A DNA stretch of 28,520 bases, from the IMG/VR virus record IMGVR_UViG_3300032312_001278, positions 1 to 28,520 of that record; one strand, given 5' to 3'. Positions 27,179-28,520 of this stretch are shown here, piece by piece. Source of the stretch: a virus. Lineage: Duplodnaviria; Caudoviricetes. Position 1 is the stretch's first letter. Every line of letters starts with the position of its first letter. The translations under genes were made by a program, and so were the position numbers. Under the pieces are notes generated by a model. That model saw nothing but the letters and a program-made list of their open reading frames with translations, did no database searches and was not told where the DNA came from.

Positions 27179-28520
27179 ATGTCAAGTAGCGCAATTGGAT
27201 TTATAACAGTAACATACGGACCAACAGGACCGACAGGAAACATAGGTAATCGTGGACCCACGGGGCCAGATGGAGCCACCAGTGGATCTATTGGTCCGCG
27301 TGGATCGTATGCACCACACATTGAAAATGTTACATTTTACTCTGCTGGTGCTACAGTAATCATGTCAGATGGCACTGAATATAGTGCCATAGGTGCATTT
27401 GGTGGAGCGACATCAACGGATTATTCTAAGGTTCAAACGGTAGATTATTTAAATCCACTGACAGATGTAACTACATATAGCTTTATATCGTCTGGTGAAG
27501 GAACAAGTTCCTTTGTTATGCGTGGAATCTCTGGAAGCGGATCGTTGGTTGTTACAGAAGATTCACAAGCAATCTACATCGACTCTATCTATACTCCATT
27601 GAGCGGCTTGGTTGATTCTGCAAGTCTAACCAACAATACTCTGATATATCTAAAAGAAAAAAATCAAATATCAAGTACAACAATTGGTGTAACCAGTGGA
27701 GCATTTTATACTGGGGTATTGAATTTTGAACAAAATGCATCGACCCCAAAATTTTCAAAATTATTACCAAGAGCAAAGGTAAAGTACGTACAGCCAAATT
27801 ATAAAACCGAAGCTCTAACTCCAGTTGTTCTAAACGTAAACGATGCTGGTGTTTTTTATGTTCGTACACCAAACGGAATATCTGCTTTTTCTGGAAATTT
27901 CAATAACAGCGAAATAGTATCTTTCACTATAATAACTGAGAGCGATGATTTATGGAATTTTCCAGCTAATGTTTACTTTGAGACTGGTGAAAATTATCTG
28001 ACCTGTGGAAAATCAATATTAAATCTAACATCATTCGATCAAGGAAATTCTTGGTATGCAACGGTTGCTGCAAGAGGAATCGATGGAACCACGTTCAATT
28101 GTGAGCTAAGATCGATTGTCGGGTCTTGCTGCTACTCTGGAATTACTGGAACCACATGTAGAGATTTCGTGACCAGGAACGAATGCGATGCAATCGCTGG
28201 AACATTCCATCCATTGCAATCGTGCGTCGAAACGTGTGGATCCACATTTGGTGTATGCTGCTCGAACGGAAAGTGCATAGAGAATAGCAACTATGCAGAA
28301 TGCACTGCCTTTGGCGGAAAATTCCTGTTTGGTGTGAATTGCGTTAGCTTCAACGCCTCTGTTGATCCAACAGCACCAAATTCTACAAGACTGTGCTTTG
28401 ATCGGTGCAAAGAACCCGTCGCCTGCTGCAAGGATGGAGTTTGTCTAGGCGATGACTATACCAAAATAGAATGCGAACAAATAATAGGTGGCGTTGCATT
28501 CCCTGGAAACCAATGCGAGG
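27179..28520 (+). CDS. Third collagen-like, Cys-repeat fibre paralog (3' end runs off the window; missing from the ORF track)
   Basis: My translation is open for 447 codons: MSSSAIGFITVTYGPTGPTGNIGNRGPTGPDG...FPANVYF...NLTSFDQGNSWYA...GSCCYSGITGTTC...GVCCSNGKC...VACCKDGVC. Confidence 0.85.
   Translation, partial: MSSSAIGFITVTYGPTGPTGNIGNRGPTGPDGATSGSIGPRGSYAPHIENVTFYSAGATVIMSDGTEYSAIGAFGGATSTDYSKVQTVDYLNPLTDVTTYSFISSGEGTSSFVMRGISGSGSLVVTEDSQAIYIDSIYTPLSGLVDSASLTNNTLIYLKEKNQISSTTIGVTSGAFYTGVLNFEQNASTPKFSKLLPRAKVKYVQPNYKTEALTPVVLNVNDAGVFYVRTPNGISAFSGNFNNSEIVSFTIITESDDLWNFPANVYFETGENYLTCGKSILNLTSFDQGNSWYATVAARGIDGTTFNCELRSIVGSCCYSGITGTTCRDFVTRNECDAIAGTFHPLQSCVETCGSTFGVCCSNGKCIENSNYAECTAFGGKFLFGVNCVSFNASVDPTAPNSTRLCFDRCKEPVACCKDGVCLGDDYTKIECEQIIGGVAFPGNQCE
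28121..28520 (+). repeat. At least three cysteine repeats (GSCC, GVCC, VACC)
   Basis: Same unit as in the two upstream genes. Confidence 0.8.

Larger units (their letters stand above)
1..28520. mobile_element. Segment of a T4-like (myovirus) large phage genome: baseplate and tail-fibre module
   Basis: Contiguous homologs of T4 gp26, gp54, gp4, gp48, gp53, gp6, gp7 and gp8, T4-type late promoter boxes, almost no intergenic DNA, and no host housekeeping genes or integration signs. Confidence 0.95.

Noticed and set aside
26-27872. The many 60-107 aa ORFs in the track (for example 26-280, 634-939, 9291-9590, 16115-16438, 27043-27321)
   Set aside because: All lie antisense or out of frame within well-supported genes and show no recognisable motifs.
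21253-28520. Eukaryotic origin or contamination of the collagen and Cys-rich genes
   Set aside because: They are intronless, coupled to phage genes and preceded by phage late boxes; short collagen stretches are common in phage fibres.
1-28520. tRNA, rRNA, CRISPR arrays, intrinsic terminators
   Set aside because: No intergenic gap exceeds 27 nt, and I saw no DNA-level repeat array or convincing hairpin followed by a U-tract.

Overview
The whole window is a densely coded late (virion) region of a large T4-like myophage. A short leftward block encodes gp26 (cut at the window edge), a gp54/tail-tube-like protein and gp4 head completion nuclease. A long rightward block encodes gp48, gp53, a greatly enlarged 1711-aa putative baseplate hub, gp6, gp7, gp8, a stand-alone DUF4815-like protein, three fibre or adaptor proteins sharing one repeated domain, an alpha/beta hydrolase, and three paralogous collagen-like fibres with GxCC cysteine repeats (two end in DUF1566/Lcl-like domains; the third is cut off). 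T4-type late promoter boxes (NATAAATA) precede four genes. No RNA genes, CRISPR array, integrase or reverse transcriptase were seen. The most unusual signal is a cysteine-rich, G-x-T-G-rich adsorption apparatus with AT-rich modules that look exchanged and an embedded serine hydrolase; CCGG also appears to be absent. All family calls come from motif recognition by eye, not from database searches.
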